A DNA stretch of 64,000 nucleotides from the IMG/VR virus record IMGVR_UViG_2645727901_000008. One strand, written 5' to 3'. This document shows, piece by piece, positions 1 to 9,583 of this stretch (its first letter is position 1; the number at the start of each line of letters is the position of its first letter). The translations under genes and the position numbers were made by a program. Under the pieces are notes generated by a model. The model saw only the letters and a program-made list of their open reading frames with translations, was not told the origin of the DNA and searched no databases. This stretch comes from a virus. Its lineage: Duplodnaviria > Heunggongvirae > Uroviricota > Caudoviricetes.

Positions 1-555
1 CTCGATGACACCAGCAAAGTCACCTGATACAAAGGAAGTGTTTTTGAGTACGTCATCAGCCAAAAATGCCTTCATCTCTGCATGTGGGAAGTAGGGCGCT
101 TTGTATTTGCCATACCCCACGTTGAACTCGCCATTTTGGTTGTACCGCGTTACGCCATTAAAACAGTGACGATTAAGGTACAAAAATGCGGCAGCATGAT
201 GTAGTTGGTCATACTTTCCTCTGTTAAATGCCTCACGCACTTCGAGGTAAGCGTCAGCGTTGTTGTAATTTTTGAAAAAACTATATGACAGCGTGACGAG
301 CGAATGTCCTTCTCGCTGCAATGTCTGATAGAAGTTAATCAGGTCACCGTTAATATCATTAAGCAGGTTGTGGCGAAATCCTGCATTCGTAAATACGGAA
401 CCGCCACCAACGAATGGTTCTATTAACCGCTTACCGTGTGGTAGATGCTCAAGCACTGTAGGCAATTCTGAGAATTTACCACCTACCCATTTGAATATCG
501 GACGCTCATATTCATCCGGAGTCCGAATGGTGCGCATATAGCTAATTTCAGCCAT
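1..555 (-). CDS. Dam-type (D12 class) N6-adenine DNA methyltransferase, N-terminal part; 3' end runs off the window
   Basis: Own translation of the minus strand from ATG at 555: MAEISYMRT..FKWVGGKF..EPFVGGGSVF..NDINGDL..LNRHCFNGVTRYNQNGEFNVGYG. These match the Dam-family KWxGGK, FxGGG and RxNxxGxFNV motifs. Sits next to hrdC, as P1 dmt does. Confidence 0.8.
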   Translation of the reverse strand, partial: MAEISYMRTIRTPDEYERPIFKWVGGKFSELPTVLEHLPHGKRLIEPFVGGGSVFTNAGFRHNLLNDINGDLINFYQTLQREGHSLVTLSYSFFKNYNNADAYLEVREAFNRGKYDQLHHAAAFLYLNRHCFNGVTRYNQNGEFNVGYGKYKAPYFPHAEMKAFLADDVLKNTSFVSGDFAGVIE

Positions 556-592
556 CGTATCCTGTTTTTCTATGGCTATGCTTGCTATAGAT

Positions 593-1345
593 TTACTCAT
601 AGAGCACCCCCTTATTCGCTTCGAAAACTGCCTTTGCGAATCCATGTGGAGTAGCACTTCGAAAATTAGCCCTGTCAGGCCCTGGTGGCGCGGCATGGAT
701 TCTGTTATCTGGCTTGCCTAATGATTCGTCCATTAGGGCATCAGGCATGACAAAGCCCTGGCCGCTCCAGAGGCATGTTTTTTTTGTGTAGTTATCTTCC
801 TGACAATATGCAGTGAAGAAGTAAGGGTGAAAGATGTGATCTGGCTTACGCCAGAATGTCGATATTTTGCTGACCGGATTTTCAATCATGTACGGACAAC
901 CGATCATCTTTGCAATGTCATAACACTGCCAGACAACCTGCATTGCTTTGAACTGGAAAACCGGATCTTTATTAGCCTTGTCCGAAAACCAGCGCGCGCC
1001 GGAAACAGCCAGGTCAGTACACGGTGGGAACCCGGCCAGAAACACGATGCGCTGCAAATTCTTACGGAGAAAAGCGTATACTTCATCGCTATCGATGATC
1101 GCACTAATACGCGTCAGAACGGCACCTGATTGCATCCGCTCGTCACTGGTCGATAAGTGCTGTGGATCGACGATAGCGGCATCGACACCGTATTCCAGCC
1201 AGGGGGCAACCATTGCCCCCGTAAAATCACAAAGACTCACAACAAGCTGTCGGTTATTATCGTTCTGCTTCACCGCCAATGGCCTCCACCAGCGCGTTAA
1301 ACAGTGCAGATAATTCGCCCGTAAAGAGCACGAAATCAGCATCAA
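593..1345 (-). CDS. C5-cytosine-methyltransferase-like protein (second methylase module); real start probably GTG at 1273
   Basis: SLCDFTGAM (motif I-like), [12 protein letters not shown] (PC motif IV) and MIENPV (ENV motif VI). The first 24 codons of the track ORF overlap the hrdC 3' end. GTG at 1273 lies just before the hrdC stop. Confidence 0.6.
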   Translation of the reverse strand: MMLISCSLRANYLHCLTRWWRPLAVKQNDNNRQLVVSLCDFTGAMVAPWLEYGVDAAIVDPQHLSTSDERMQSGAVLTRISAIIDSDEVYAFLRKNLQRIVFLAGFPPCTDLAVSGARWFSDKANKDPVFQFKAMQVVWQCYDIAKMIGCPYMIENPVSKISTFWRKPDHIFHPYFFTAYCQEDNYTKKTCLWSGQGFVMPDALMDESLGKPDNRIHAAPPGPDRANFRSATPHGFAKAVFEANKGVLYE

Positions 1346-2162
1346 ATCGTTGTGCTACATCCTCCCGGTCGATATCGTCGTTCTGGTCATAGAGATCATC
1401 ACAGAATGTCAGGGCTTTGATACTCATATCATCGTTGACTCTGAACGACGCACGGTCCATCCAGTTAATTGCAACGGTCGTAGCTACTTTCCCCGCCTCA
1501 ATGTGAGACATAATCTCGTCGGACTGTAGATCAACTTTGTTGCAGCGAACGGCACCACCATTATCGAGCAGACCCTTTAATGTGGCGTCTTCACCTGCTG
1601 TAAATCCGGCAGGGAAGCCGCTTTTAAACCACTCGGTCATTGTAATTTCCAGCGGTTCGCGTGGTGTGAATGGAATGACAGGCAGGCTGCCGAGCGACTT
1701 TCGCAATAAAGCCAGCTGGTCCTCTGCCTTTTTGGCGCTGCTTGCCTCAACGAATACCAGATGGTTGCTGCGGTCGATCAGGATTTTGGCGAGTGATTTT
1801 CTCGTGAACGCGCGAGGCAAAAGTGAATGCAGGACTTCATCTTTAAGACTGTCTCTTTCCGTTTTCTTCAGCTTGCGGGCTTGCTCTTCTTCGAGTTTCA
1901 GGACTTTTTTCTGCAACTCTTCCTTGAGCACCTGCGAGGGGAGAATTTTTTCTTCTCGCTTATGCTGTATTAGCAGAAAACCCTGGTATTCATGGGTGAG
2001 GTTGTCACCAAGAACAGGTGTCCAACCGACTTTAGCTGTGTCCTGAGAACCGCAAGGAGTAAACACGAATTTGCTAAGAGCATCGGATACTTCTGCGGCA
2101 CTCCAGTTAACTTCACGTGAAAGACGATAGATGAAGATGTTTTTGAAAGCGACTGATCTCAT
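1257..2162 (-). CDS. hrdC: RdgC-family recombination-associated protein (P1 HrdC equivalent)
   Basis: Colinear with E. coli RdgC as I recall it: FKNxxxYRLSRE, [15 protein letters not shown], [27 protein letters not shown], [13 protein letters not shown], [15 protein letters not shown], GGEAxR. Confidence 0.9.
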   Translation of the reverse strand: MRSVAFKNIFIYRLSREVNWSAAEVSDALSKFVFTPCGSQDTAKVGWTPVLGDNLTHEYQGFLLIQHKREEKILPSQVLKEELQKKVLKLEEEQARKLKKTERDSLKDEVLHSLLPRAFTRKSLAKILIDRSNHLVFVEASSAKKAEDQLALLRKSLGSLPVIPFTPREPLEITMTEWFKSGFPAGFTAGEDATLKGLLDNGGAVRCNKVDLQSDEIMSHIEAGKVATTVAINWMDRASFRVNDDMSIKALTFCDDLYDQNDDIDREDVAQRFDADFVLFTGELSALFNALVEAIGGEAER

Positions 2163-2169
2163 GTTTCAC

Positions 2170-2211
2170 CAATTGTGTTAGAAAATTCTATTCAATTATC
2201 TAACACAATTG
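2170..2211. promoter_or_regulatory. Bivalent copy of the dispersed 17-bp motif (candidate C1-type operator) just upstream of hrdC
   Basis: Perfect 13-bp inverted repeat CAATTGTGTTAGA (2170-2182) / TCTAACACAATTG (2199-2211) with a 16-bp spacer. On the hrdC strand the spacer contains TAGAAT, a -10-like hexamer. Confidence 0.5.
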
Positions 2212-2221
2212 GATGTGTTTT

Positions 2222-2875
2222 CTATCCCTTCTTGAAATCAAAGTTGCTTGCGATGGCCTGGAAGGTGCCTCCAGCCTTGAAATCAATATTTTCGTCGGCT
2301 GTCACAGTAATGTTTTTGCCATTAACGCTGATGTTATCGGCTGATTTGACGTTAACACTCCCTCCCGCATTCACTACTACATCAGCCGGACCAATGATGT
2401 ATATCTGCCCTGATTCATTCATTCCAATCCTTGAGCCTGCTGCCGTATTCGCTATTTCATATCCACCGCCAGCCGTTCGCACTTCGAGCACATTGTTGCG
2501 GTGAATCACGAAATCTTTTGTCGCCGAAAATTGCGGGCGGGGAGGCGCTCCGTCTACTTCTGGTGGCGTCCAGCCGCTACCATTGCCTGACGCCTCCGGC
2601 GCGACGTTTGGTACTCCTCCAGGCGCATCCTGAGCTGCGCCAACTATCATTGGGCGTCTGGTATCAATTCGACCATTAACATCCAGATAAGGAAACTCTA
2701 CCCATACCAGGTCGCCTTTTACTGTAGGTACAAACGCGTTACCTATGGGTAACAGGTATTCTGCCCAGGGTAGATCGTCATCAGGAACGCCATTCCAGTC
2801 TGGTAAAACACGGACCTGAGCACGCATAAGCCCTGCCGGGTGCACAGTTCCAACAATTTGCGCTCTACGCTTCAT
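2222..2875 (-). CDS. Baseplate central spike / gpV-like protein
   Basis: N-terminal OB-fold pattern typical of P2 gpV / Mu gp45 (GTV..AQVRV..LPWAEYL..VKGDLVWVEF), then a Gly/Val-rich repetitive C-terminus. Last gene of a 4-gene overlapping operon. Confidence 0.6.
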   Translation of the reverse strand: MKRRAQIVGTVHPAGLMRAQVRVLPDWNGVPDDDLPWAEYLLPIGNAFVPTVKGDLVWVEFPYLDVNGRIDTRRPMIVGAAQDAPGGVPNVAPEASGNGSGWTPPEVDGAPPRPQFSATKDFVIHRNNVLEVRTAGGGYEIANTAAGSRIGMNESGQIYIIGPADVVVNAGGSVNVKSADNISVNGKNITVTADENIDFKAGGTFQAIASNFDFKKG

Positions 2876-3852
2876 TTGTTCGGCACTCCTAATATCATTC
2901 GTGTTGTGTAGCCTACGCGGTCTTCAAAGTGCGCAACATTTTTTACTATCAGCTTGCGGGGCATTGATTCATCAATGCGGTTTTCCTGGTCATAGCGGTA
3001 TACGATAATCTCTATTACCATTCCCGGTTTTATATCCGGATTGCCTGCGACTTCTATATCCATTTTGGGGACGAGAGACAGCTGCATATTGCGAAGAGTT
3101 TCCATATCAGAATCGGATATATAACGCACTGGGAGTGAGCTATCGCCATATTCGACGTAGCCATCGGTCATGGAATACCCAACAAAACGATATTGATTCT
3201 TTGCTGTTGTCGCATGTTCCTGTTGGAGTAGGCGCATTTTGGACAAAGTGTATTCTGCTTTAGGGTTATTCCCCTCGTAGGTAAATGATGGCGTTTGCTT
3301 CATCAGATCAGCCAGGGTGTAAAAGTTAAATTCCCCACGGCATACCCAACATAATGCACCTTTGTCTCGCGCTATCTGCGAGAGCATTTTTGACGGTTTG
3401 TCACCGGCATTCAGATGATATGTAACTGCGCGTTTTAGCACGCTGCTGGTAATTTTAAGCTTGCCGGAATATGCCTTGAATATAGCGTCTGGTGTTTTGT
3501 TGGTATGTAAATTTGTGCGCGGGGAGGGGATCTTAAACCTGCGCACGTCTTCACTGACAGCAATAACGGTAACAACATCACCAGCCAGCATTGCAGACGT
3601 AACAAAGAAGTCTGTTTTAAAAGTGCCTGCATTACCGTTTGGATCGCCCATTTCAGCCACCAGCGATGCACCGTATTTGGCTTTCCAGTCATCAATTACG
3701 GTGCCGGTAGCGTCATGAATTTCCAGTTTTAGCAAAGGGGCTTTGAGGCTGGTTTTTTCTACATATACTGCGGTAAAAATCCAGTCTCGTGGCACTTTGT
3801 TATCGTTAATGAGCACTGACTGTAGAAAATATTGTTGTAACTCCTGGGCCAC
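2872..3852 (-). CDS. Baseplate hub-like protein (gpD / Mu gp44 position)
   Basis: 326 aa, start/stop overlap with the spike gene, and in the position immediately upstream of the spike. No motif I can name. Confidence 0.4.
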   Translation of the reverse strand: MAQELQQYFLQSVLINDNKVPRDWIFTAVYVEKTSLKAPLLKLEIHDATGTVIDDWKAKYGASLVAEMGDPNGNAGTFKTDFFVTSAMLAGDVVTVIAVSEDVRRFKIPSPRTNLHTNKTPDAIFKAYSGKLKITSSVLKRAVTYHLNAGDKPSKMLSQIARDKGALCWVCRGEFNFYTLADLMKQTPSFTYEGNNPKAEYTLSKMRLLQQEHATTAKNQYRFVGYSMTDGYVEYGDSSLPVRYISDSDMETLRNMQLSLVPKMDIEVAGNPDIKPGMVIEIIVYRYDQENRIDESMPRKLIVKNVAHFEDRVGYTTRMILGVPNK

Positions 3853-3855
3853 TTA

Positions 3856-4623
3856 TCACCCCATAGATATCGAGGTTTCGGTAATAATACGTTTTGCGTC
3901 CAACTCCCATGCTGTGATCACGTCTGCAATCACACTTATCGGCGCTTGTGTGGCATAAATACGCTCTTCTCCAATTGGTGCCGAAACATCCGTAAATCCG
4001 ACTTCTTTGGCATCCTGTATCGAGCAAATCAGCGGGACCGGGACACGAACAAGGTGAGTGGTTGCTTCAAATTGTGTACCTGTCATCAGGCGAAGCCGTG
4101 CGCCCAGCGAATTACACATCAGACTCATGGTCGCTTTATCAGTTGACATTAACGTAACGTCATACGTCAGAATGGCCTGGGTGTATTCCAGTTCTGCTAA
4201 AGGCATTCCGGTATCCGGTTCGCAAAAACTGGCTACTTTTTTGCGGTCAATCTGCTGATCATCGTTGATATAATTGATATCCATAGTGCGTGAGATATTG
4301 ACCAGGGGGAGAGCATCCCGGTTAATGTTCTGGTTTTCAGGTTTTCTCCCTTGCCCGGCATTTGCGCGACGAACTGCTTTAAGAAACTCGATCGCATTGT
4401 CGAAACGGGCCACATAGACACGCTCTGCTGGTGGACGATTCAGGAATGACGCAAAGCGTTTTTCTTCCGGCGCGGGGGCCACCAGTAAGATATCAGAAAA
4501 GATATTGCTGATTAGCGTAGCAAACGCGTTATCCACGTTTTCAAAGCCCGTGGTCTGGAATTTCCCTGTGCGTGAGGTTTGCCATTCACCTGTTCGCGCC
4601 AGGAGGGTTTTATTTGAAGTCAT
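3856..4623 (-). CDS. Tail/baseplate-associated hypothetical protein
   Basis: 255-aa ORF, translationally coupled within the baseplate operon (4620-4623 overlap). No recognisable motif. Confidence 0.35.
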   Translation of the reverse strand: MTSNKTLLARTGEWQTSRTGKFQTTGFENVDNAFATLISNIFSDILLVAPAPEEKRFASFLNRPPAERVYVARFDNAIEFLKAVRRANAGQGRKPENQNINRDALPLVNISRTMDINYINDDQQIDRKKVASFCEPDTGMPLAELEYTQAILTYDVTLMSTDKATMSLMCNSLGARLRLMTGTQFEATTHLVRVPVPLICSIQDAKEVGFTDVSAPIGEERIYATQAPISVIADVITAWELDAKRIITETSISMG

Positions 4624-5453
4624 TCGATCACTCCGTTTTGAGTCGTATCAAAATTCCTGGCAGGTATGCAGTAGTAAAGCGAACCAACATGCTGTGTGCC
4701 GTAGCTAAAAATACGGTGCACGTACCACCAGCGGCGGGCTACGCCGTTTACCATCTCTTCATTCCATTCAAGAATTGATCCGACGGGGACGTTATTTGCT
4801 GCAATACGCAGAATCAGAACATCATCGGTTAAGCCATCCTGCTCACCGTCTGCGTCAATCGCATGGAAAGAGTCACGCCCGTCCGGGTTATCCAGCACAT
4901 AAACGATTTCAGGTTCCTGGTAAGTCAGTTCGCGCTGGTTGTTATCCAGTTCAGTGAATGACTCTTCTCCTGTTTCGTCGCTGACTACCCCATATGTGCC
5001 AACATCTGGTCGATATAAGAGAGCCTGAAACGCGTCTGGGCTGGATTCAATAATCAGCATCCAGTCTGCGCGGATTTGGTCGTTAAAGGCTTTATGCCCG
5101 TTATAGCGTGCTTTTAGCTGTGGAGTTGGTTCTCTGCCAGCCAGGGAAGGTGGAAGTATGGCTATATCTGATTCGGCAGCATCCGGAGTAAGGCCAGCGT
5201 TGCTATCAGCAAAATTATCATGGCTATCAGCTTTGGCGGCGGGTTGCTCTTCCAGAATGCTGAATGAATCCGAACCGGTATTGCCATGTTCCGGCGCGCC
5301 TCCTGCATTCGCTTCAATCGGCGCTGGCGTTTCTCTCTGCGTGCTGTCATGTTCTGACTCATTACTTGCCAGGTTTGCATCGTCAGCAAACCATTCGTCA
5401 AAACGGCCCATAAGCATCCTCAAAGGTCGATTTATCAGGTATCGAGGGTGCAT
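4620..5453 (-). CDS. Hypothetical virion-operon protein with an acidic, low-complexity N-terminal half
   Basis: 277-aa ORF, first gene of the overlapping baseplate set. The N-terminal ~110 aa are rich in D/E/A/S/P. Confidence 0.35.
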   Translation of the reverse strand: MHPRYLINRPLRMLMGRFDEWFADDANLASNESEHDSTQRETPAPIEANAGGAPEHGNTGSDSFSILEEQPAAKADSHDNFADSNAGLTPDAAESDIAILPPSLAGREPTPQLKARYNGHKAFNDQIRADWMLIIESSPDAFQALLYRPDVGTYGVVSDETGEESFTELDNNQRELTYQEPEIVYVLDNPDGRDSFHAIDADGEQDGLTDDVLILRIAANNVPVGSILEWNEEMVNGVARRWWYVHRIFSYGTQHVGSLYYCIPARNFDTTQNGVIE

Positions 5454-5481
5454 TGTCTGGAGATTGTGATTTCAATTCATA

Positions 5482-5532
5482 TCCCAACATGGGACTAAAG
5501 TGCTTTACATTGTCCCATATTGGGACTACTAT
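5482..5532 (+). promoter_or_regulatory. higBA promoter with two TCCCA-N3-TGGGA operator palindromes
   Basis: TTTACA (5504-5509), 17 nt, TACTAT (5527-5532). Palindromes TCCCAACATGGGA (5482-5494) and GTCCCATATTGGGAC (5512-5526); the second fills the spacer. Confidence 0.55.
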
Positions 5533-5556
5533 ACTTTCAGAGAGAAGGAATCTGTG

Positions 5557-5859
5557 ATGAAAATAATTTCGGTAAAAACACTAAGGGATTTCTGGGCGAA
5601 GAATCCCGATGCAGAACAGCCATTAAAGGCATGGGTTGATGAAGCAACAAAGGCTGACTGGAAAAATCCGGCTGAGATCAAAGAACAGTACCGGACAGCC
5701 AGCATCCTTAAAAACAGGCGCGTGGTGTTCAATATTAAGGGAAATGATTACAGGTTAATTGTCGCAATTGCTTATCAGCGAGGATGGATGTTCGTTAAGT
5801 TTATTGGAACACATAAGGAATACGATGCCATTGAAGCGGATACAATAGAACTGGAGTAA
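5557..5859 (+). CDS. higB: HigB-family type II toxin (RelE-fold mRNA interferase)
   Basis: MKIISVKTLRDFW..VFNIKGNDYRLIVAIAY..VKFIGTHKEYD parallels E. coli HigB (FNVGGNELRVVAMV..THKEYD). AAGGA SD 8 nt before ATG 5557. The track's upstream M (5500) lies inside the promoter. Confidence 0.85.
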   Translation: MKIISVKTLRDFWAKNPDAEQPLKAWVDEATKADWKNPAEIKEQYRTASILKNRRVVFNIKGNDYRLIVAIAYQRGWMFVKFIGTHKEYDAIEADTIELE

Positions 5860-5862
5860 ATC

Positions 5863-6222
5863 ATGAACATTAAACCTATCCGTACAGAACAAGATTATGA
5901 GGCCGCACTGCGTGCGGTCGAACCGATGTTCGATAACGAACCGGAAATGAACACACCGGAAGGCGATTTCTTTGAAGTAATGTGCCTGCTCATTGAAGAG
6001 TACGAGAAAAAGCATTACCCAATTGAGCCACCATCACCTATTGAAGCCATTAAATTCCGTATGGAACAGCAAGGGCTGACCGTGAAGGATCTGGAACCGG
6101 CGATTGGTAAGTCAAATCGAGTTTACGAAGTGCTTAATGGGACACGAAATTTGACGTTACCTATGATTCGTCGTTTACATGCCCAGTTTGGTATTCCACT
6201 GGAAAGTCTGGTTGGTGTTTAA
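5863..6222 (+). CDS. higA: HigA-family antitoxin (XRE-type HTH)
   Basis: 119 aa, starts 3 nt after the higB stop. C-terminal HTH (LTVKDLEPAIGKSNRVYEVLNGTRNLTLPMIRRLHAQFGIP), the typical HigA layout. Confidence 0.85.
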   Translation: MNIKPIRTEQDYEAALRAVEPMFDNEPEMNTPEGDFFEVMCLLIEEYEKKHYPIEPPSPIEAIKFRMEQQGLTVKDLEPAIGKSNRVYEVLNGTRNLTLPMIRRLHAQFGIPLESLVGV

Positions 6223-6227
6223 GTTTG

Positions 6228-6249
6228 GCGGTCTGGAGGACCGCTTTTT
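6228..6249 (+). terminator. Intrinsic terminator after higA
   Basis: GCGGTC-TGGAG-GACCGC followed by TTTTT. Confidence 0.6.
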
Positions 6250-6272
6250 ATCTAAAATAAAAATTAGAAGGT

Positions 6273-7022
6273 TTGATAGCTTGTATGGGCAAAAATTCAT
6301 CAACAGAAAACACATCTACAATTGACTCAATCAAGGGCACAATGGATGAAGCCATAAAAGATAAATTATTTAATAAATTATTTGCATATGTGGTGGTTTC
6401 ATTTTTTGTCGTTAATTGGCAAGAAATACTAATTTTGTTTAAATCTAAATATGATATATACACAACACTGTCTATAGTATGGGTAGGGGATAAATATCAA
6501 ATCCCTTATTTTGGAACCTTCATTGTATCTCCGTTTTTAGCTCACTTTGTGATGCCGTTTATATATGGCACTATTGCGTCCATAGTGATGCCTTATATTA
6601 CTATGCGTATATCAAAACTCACTGGTAGAAATTATGCGCAAATAAGATACATTGACCATGAATTTGACTCAGAAGAGAAAGCAAGAGTAAAGGCGTTGCT
6701 GAGAAACCTAAAGAAAAAAGAGGAAGAGCTTTTAAAATTAGAGGAACAAATAGAAGGTCAACAAAAAATACTGAATACAATCGAAGAAAAGAAGAGAGAG
6801 ATTGAGAGTGCCAGAGTGGCTCTGTATCACGGTATAAAAGTAATTGTTGATATATATAAAGCAAAAGATAAAAGGATTTCCACCAAAGAAGATTTTGCCG
6901 ATTTATTAAAAGCAATTGAAGAAAGTGATTTTTATAAAGACACTGGGTTGTGGGGTATTAATAAATTAATAGATGACGTGGAGACAATATATGAGTCTCA
7001 ATCGACATCAAAGGACAAGTAA
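6273..7022 (+). CDS. Membrane protein with a C-terminal coiled coil (accessory gene; possible Abi/exclusion factor)
   Basis: AT-rich ORF with hydrophobic segments (LFAYVVVSFFVVNWQEILILF; FGTFIVSPFLAHFVMPFIYGTIASIVMPYITM), then a K/E-rich heptad-like region. Starts at TTG 6273 (GAAGG SD) or ATG 6285. Confidence 0.45.
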   Translation: MIACMGKNSSTENTSTIDSIKGTMDEAIKDKLFNKLFAYVVVSFFVVNWQEILILFKSKYDIYTTLSIVWVGDKYQIPYFGTFIVSPFLAHFVMPFIYGTIASIVMPYITMRISKLTGRNYAQIRYIDHEFDSEEKARVKALLRNLKKKEEELLKLEEQIEGQQKILNTIEEKKREIESARVALYHGIKVIVDIYKAKDKRISTKEDFADLLKAIEESDFYKDTGLWGINKLIDDVETIYESQSTSKDK

Positions 7023-7025
7023 TAT

Positions 7026-7047
7026 AAAAGGCGGGATAACCGCCTTT
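7026..7047. terminator. Bidirectional hairpin terminator
   Basis: AAAA-GGCGG-GATAA-CCGCC-TTT between convergent genes. Confidence 0.5.
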
Positions 7048-7055
7048 GTTGTAAA

Positions 7056-8252
7056 TTAAGAACCTTTCTTCACATACTCCATGAACATTTTTTCAGCTTG
7101 TGCAGGTGGTGTTCCTGCCATGACCAGCGCATCAATGAACGCCTGCTTCTTCAGTGCGAACTGATCGGCCAGGCGTTGCTGAAGCTCCTTGTTTTTCTGT
7201 TTCTCACGTTGCAACGCCGCTTCTTTTGCTGCCGCCCGTTTTTTCTGTGCGTCTGACAACTTTCTGGCCTTGGTCAGTTGGTCACGTAGCTTGTCAATCT
7301 TGCCGTTGTCCTTTGCCAGTTTTGTGCTTAAAGCGGCCTGGCGCTTCTGATAGAGCCTCCATTCGCGCTTGGCAGCGTCAACGTTTGTTTTACTGTTGCG
7401 ATTGCGATTAAACTCCCTCTCGTCTTCTTTTGAGAAGTGTTTGGTTGTACGGCGGCGATCGTCACCAAATGCAATTTGCGTTGCGGCCTTTTGTAACGCA
7501 CGAGCAATACTCATTTGCCAACTAGCGGACTGTAACCGCGTCATTGAGTGGATCACGTGTTTACAGGCGACGCCTTGTAGCTTAGGGTTACGAACTTTTG
7601 GATAGGCGTATTCTTTTGGCGGGGCCAGGGCAAAGTTACCCGCAGTAGCGATGTAACGATACCAGTATTGATGACGACCACAGTCACAATCGAAAGACAC
7701 CCGCCCGGCGCACAGTGATTTAGTGATTTTCAGAGCTGATTTATCGTCTTCTGCGATGTCATCGACCATCTGATCCCATTCTTCAAAGCGTATCCGGACG
7801 ATATGGTGCTGGTGGACGGATATATCCGATGCTTCTACGCGGATATGAATCACGTTGTGGCGAAGAGATACGGGTGTAGCTCTTTTGATACCAGATCCGT
7901 CATCCACGGCGTTATTTGCACGCTTAATATCGATTGCCTGGCTGGATGCCACCAGCTGGGCGTATGTGATGCCAGCCGTCTTGCTGTCATATTTTTCGCG
8001 TGTTTTACTCCGTAGCTTTTCGAAACCTTTCAGGTCGTCTCGCGTGAAGAACGTGCCGCCTTTTTTCTTCCCTAACTTGAGAATATCTTCGGCGGATTTG
8101 TTCCTCAGTCTACCTGGCGTCAGCGTCCGGTGAGCTTGTCGGCGCTTACGGGTTTGTTCTTTCCTGATAAGGTCGAATAAACGCGTGAAGTCCTTAGAGG
8201 ACAGGCCGTCAGTGATATAGCGCCCGTCCTGGTTTTTCAGGAAATCAGGCAT
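7056..8252 (-). CDS. SWIM zinc-finger protein with a basic coiled-coil C-terminus
   Basis: CxC..CxH pattern: FDCDCGRHQYWYRY..GVACKHVIHS. The C-terminal ~100 aa are K/R/A/Q-rich. Confidence 0.5.
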   Translation of the reverse strand: MPDFLKNQDGRYITDGLSSKDFTRLFDLIRKEQTRKRRQAHRTLTPGRLRNKSAEDILKLGKKKGGTFFTRDDLKGFEKLRSKTREKYDSKTAGITYAQLVASSQAIDIKRANNAVDDGSGIKRATPVSLRHNVIHIRVEASDISVHQHHIVRIRFEEWDQMVDDIAEDDKSALKITKSLCAGRVSFDCDCGRHQYWYRYIATAGNFALAPPKEYAYPKVRNPKLQGVACKHVIHSMTRLQSASWQMSIARALQKAATQIAFGDDRRRTTKHFSKEDEREFNRNRNSKTNVDAAKREWRLYQKRQAALSTKLAKDNGKIDKLRDQLTKARKLSDAQKKRAAAKEAALQREKQKNKELQQRLADQFALKKQAFIDALVMAGTPPAQAEKMFMEYVKKGS

Positions 8253-8574
8253 TTTCTATCTCCGGTTCCGCGCTCGCGTAATCACGGATCTTGTTCCTCA
8301 GCCATGCCACATCAGGAAGAGTTAACGTGGTCCCGGCGGGCATTTCTTCCATTTCTGACTCATGGCCCACCAGCACCCGGAATACCCAGCGCAAATCTGC
8401 ATTGCCATACGCCCTGTAGGCTGCAAGGTCTGAACGATATACTTCATCAATCTTTATCGTGTACTGGAAATTATCAGAGTGATACTCCGATACCCGCTTA
8501 ATCATTTCCTGGTGAAACAGCGCACGAAAAATATCGTCTTCAATGTACCTATCGTCGAGTCTGCTATAGCCCAT
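8245..8574 (-). CDS. Hypothetical protein
   Basis: 109-aa ORF overlapping the start of the SWIM gene by 8 nt (operon). Confidence 0.35.
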   Translation of the reverse strand: MGYSRLDDRYIEDDIFRALFHQEMIKRVSEYHSDNFQYTIKIDEVYRSDLAAYRAYGNADLRWVFRVLVGHESEMEEMPAGTTLTLPDVAWLRNKIRDYASAEPEIENA

Positions 8575-8767
8575 AACAAAGCCTCTCAGTCATAACATGG
8601 GGGAAACTGTATGCAGGGTGTGAAATGCGAGAAACAGACAGGCCACCAGTTCAGGGGGATGTGGTTCATAAATCCCCTCACTGGTGACAAGTGACTTTCA
8701 TTAATCTTTATGCGGGGGCCAGCTTCATTTGCTGGCATTAGATTAAAAATTAAACGGAGTGAATGAC

Positions 8768-8902
8768 ATGGATGTTATTCTAGAATTGTTAAAGCTTATT
8801 GATCTGTTTATGAACGCCTCATTGACCACTCAAATACTGGCGTCAATATTTTTGTTACTCTTCTACCTGGTATTGAGGGAGTTAACAAAGCTACTAATGT
8901 GA
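8768..8902 (+). CDS. Possible 44-aa hydrophobic peptide
   Basis: Own translation: MDVILELLKLIDLFMNASLTTQILASIFLLLFYLVLRELTKLLM. GGAG is 8 nt upstream. Below the ORF-track size cut-off. Confidence 0.2.
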   Translation: MDVILELLKLIDLFMNASLTTQILASIFLLLFYLVLRELTKLLM

Positions 8903-9556
8903 TCAAAGTATCACGGTATCTTCATCAACTTCTTTCCCAGCCAGTGACTTTGGCTGGGAGGTGCCTGCTTTAACTTTTTCATGCCCAATAATGGAAAGGA
9001 ACGAAGCGAGTATGCCTGTTTTTTGCTCTTTCTCGACTGTACCGGTCATCTGCTCTACATAATCTGCACTGGCAACGTTGTGGTATACGGTCGCGTAGCA
9101 ACACAGGATCATCAGAATATGCTCCGGCCTGATATCCTGCCAGTTCACCCTGTAGACTTCTTCTCCGTTACCGTTGTATTCGGTATCAACGATAGAGTCG
9201 GGGATTTCGAAAGCACCTTTGTTATTTTGCGGCAGGGATAATAGTTTCTGGAGTTTTAACTCTCTGTATCTTTCCATCCCGACGATGATTGCTGCTCTTC
9301 CATCGGCATGACGGGTCTTGAGAGTCACCTGACTTGCTCCGGTGCCAGCGGAGATCGTTGGCGTAATTTCGTCTACCAGTACCTTAAATTTGCTTTTCCG
9401 CAGGGCTGCTATAGCTGGAGGAATTTTTTGCTTTTGCTCCAATGCTGACGCGGGAAGGGGTTTTACTTCGTTAATAATGAGAGCACCGTCTTTCAGTATT
9501 GCAGTGAGCATTTGAGGCTTGCTGGTGGTCAGGCTGAATATTGCGATCTTTTCCAT
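8903..9556 (-). CDS. Hypothetical protein (start at MEKIAIF)
   Basis: GGAGGAAGG SD precedes ATG 9556. The longer track ORF (to 9598) would run through the upstream terminator hairpin. Confidence 0.4.
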   Translation of the reverse strand: MEKIAIFSLTTSKPQMLTAILKDGALIINEVKPLPASALEQKQKIPPAIAALRKSKFKVLVDEITPTISAGTGASQVTLKTRHADGRAAIIVGMERYRELKLQKLLSLPQNNKGAFEIPDSIVDTEYNGNGEEVYRVNWQDIRPEHILMILCCYATVYHNVASADYVEQMTGTVEKEQKTGILASFLSIIGHEKVKAGTSQPKSLAGKEVDEDTVIL

Positions 9557-9583
9557 TGTCCTTCCTCCACGGATGACGGATAC

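Noticed and set aside
1537-2046. 169-aa plus-strand ORF
   Set aside because: Antisense to the RdgC-homologue gene.
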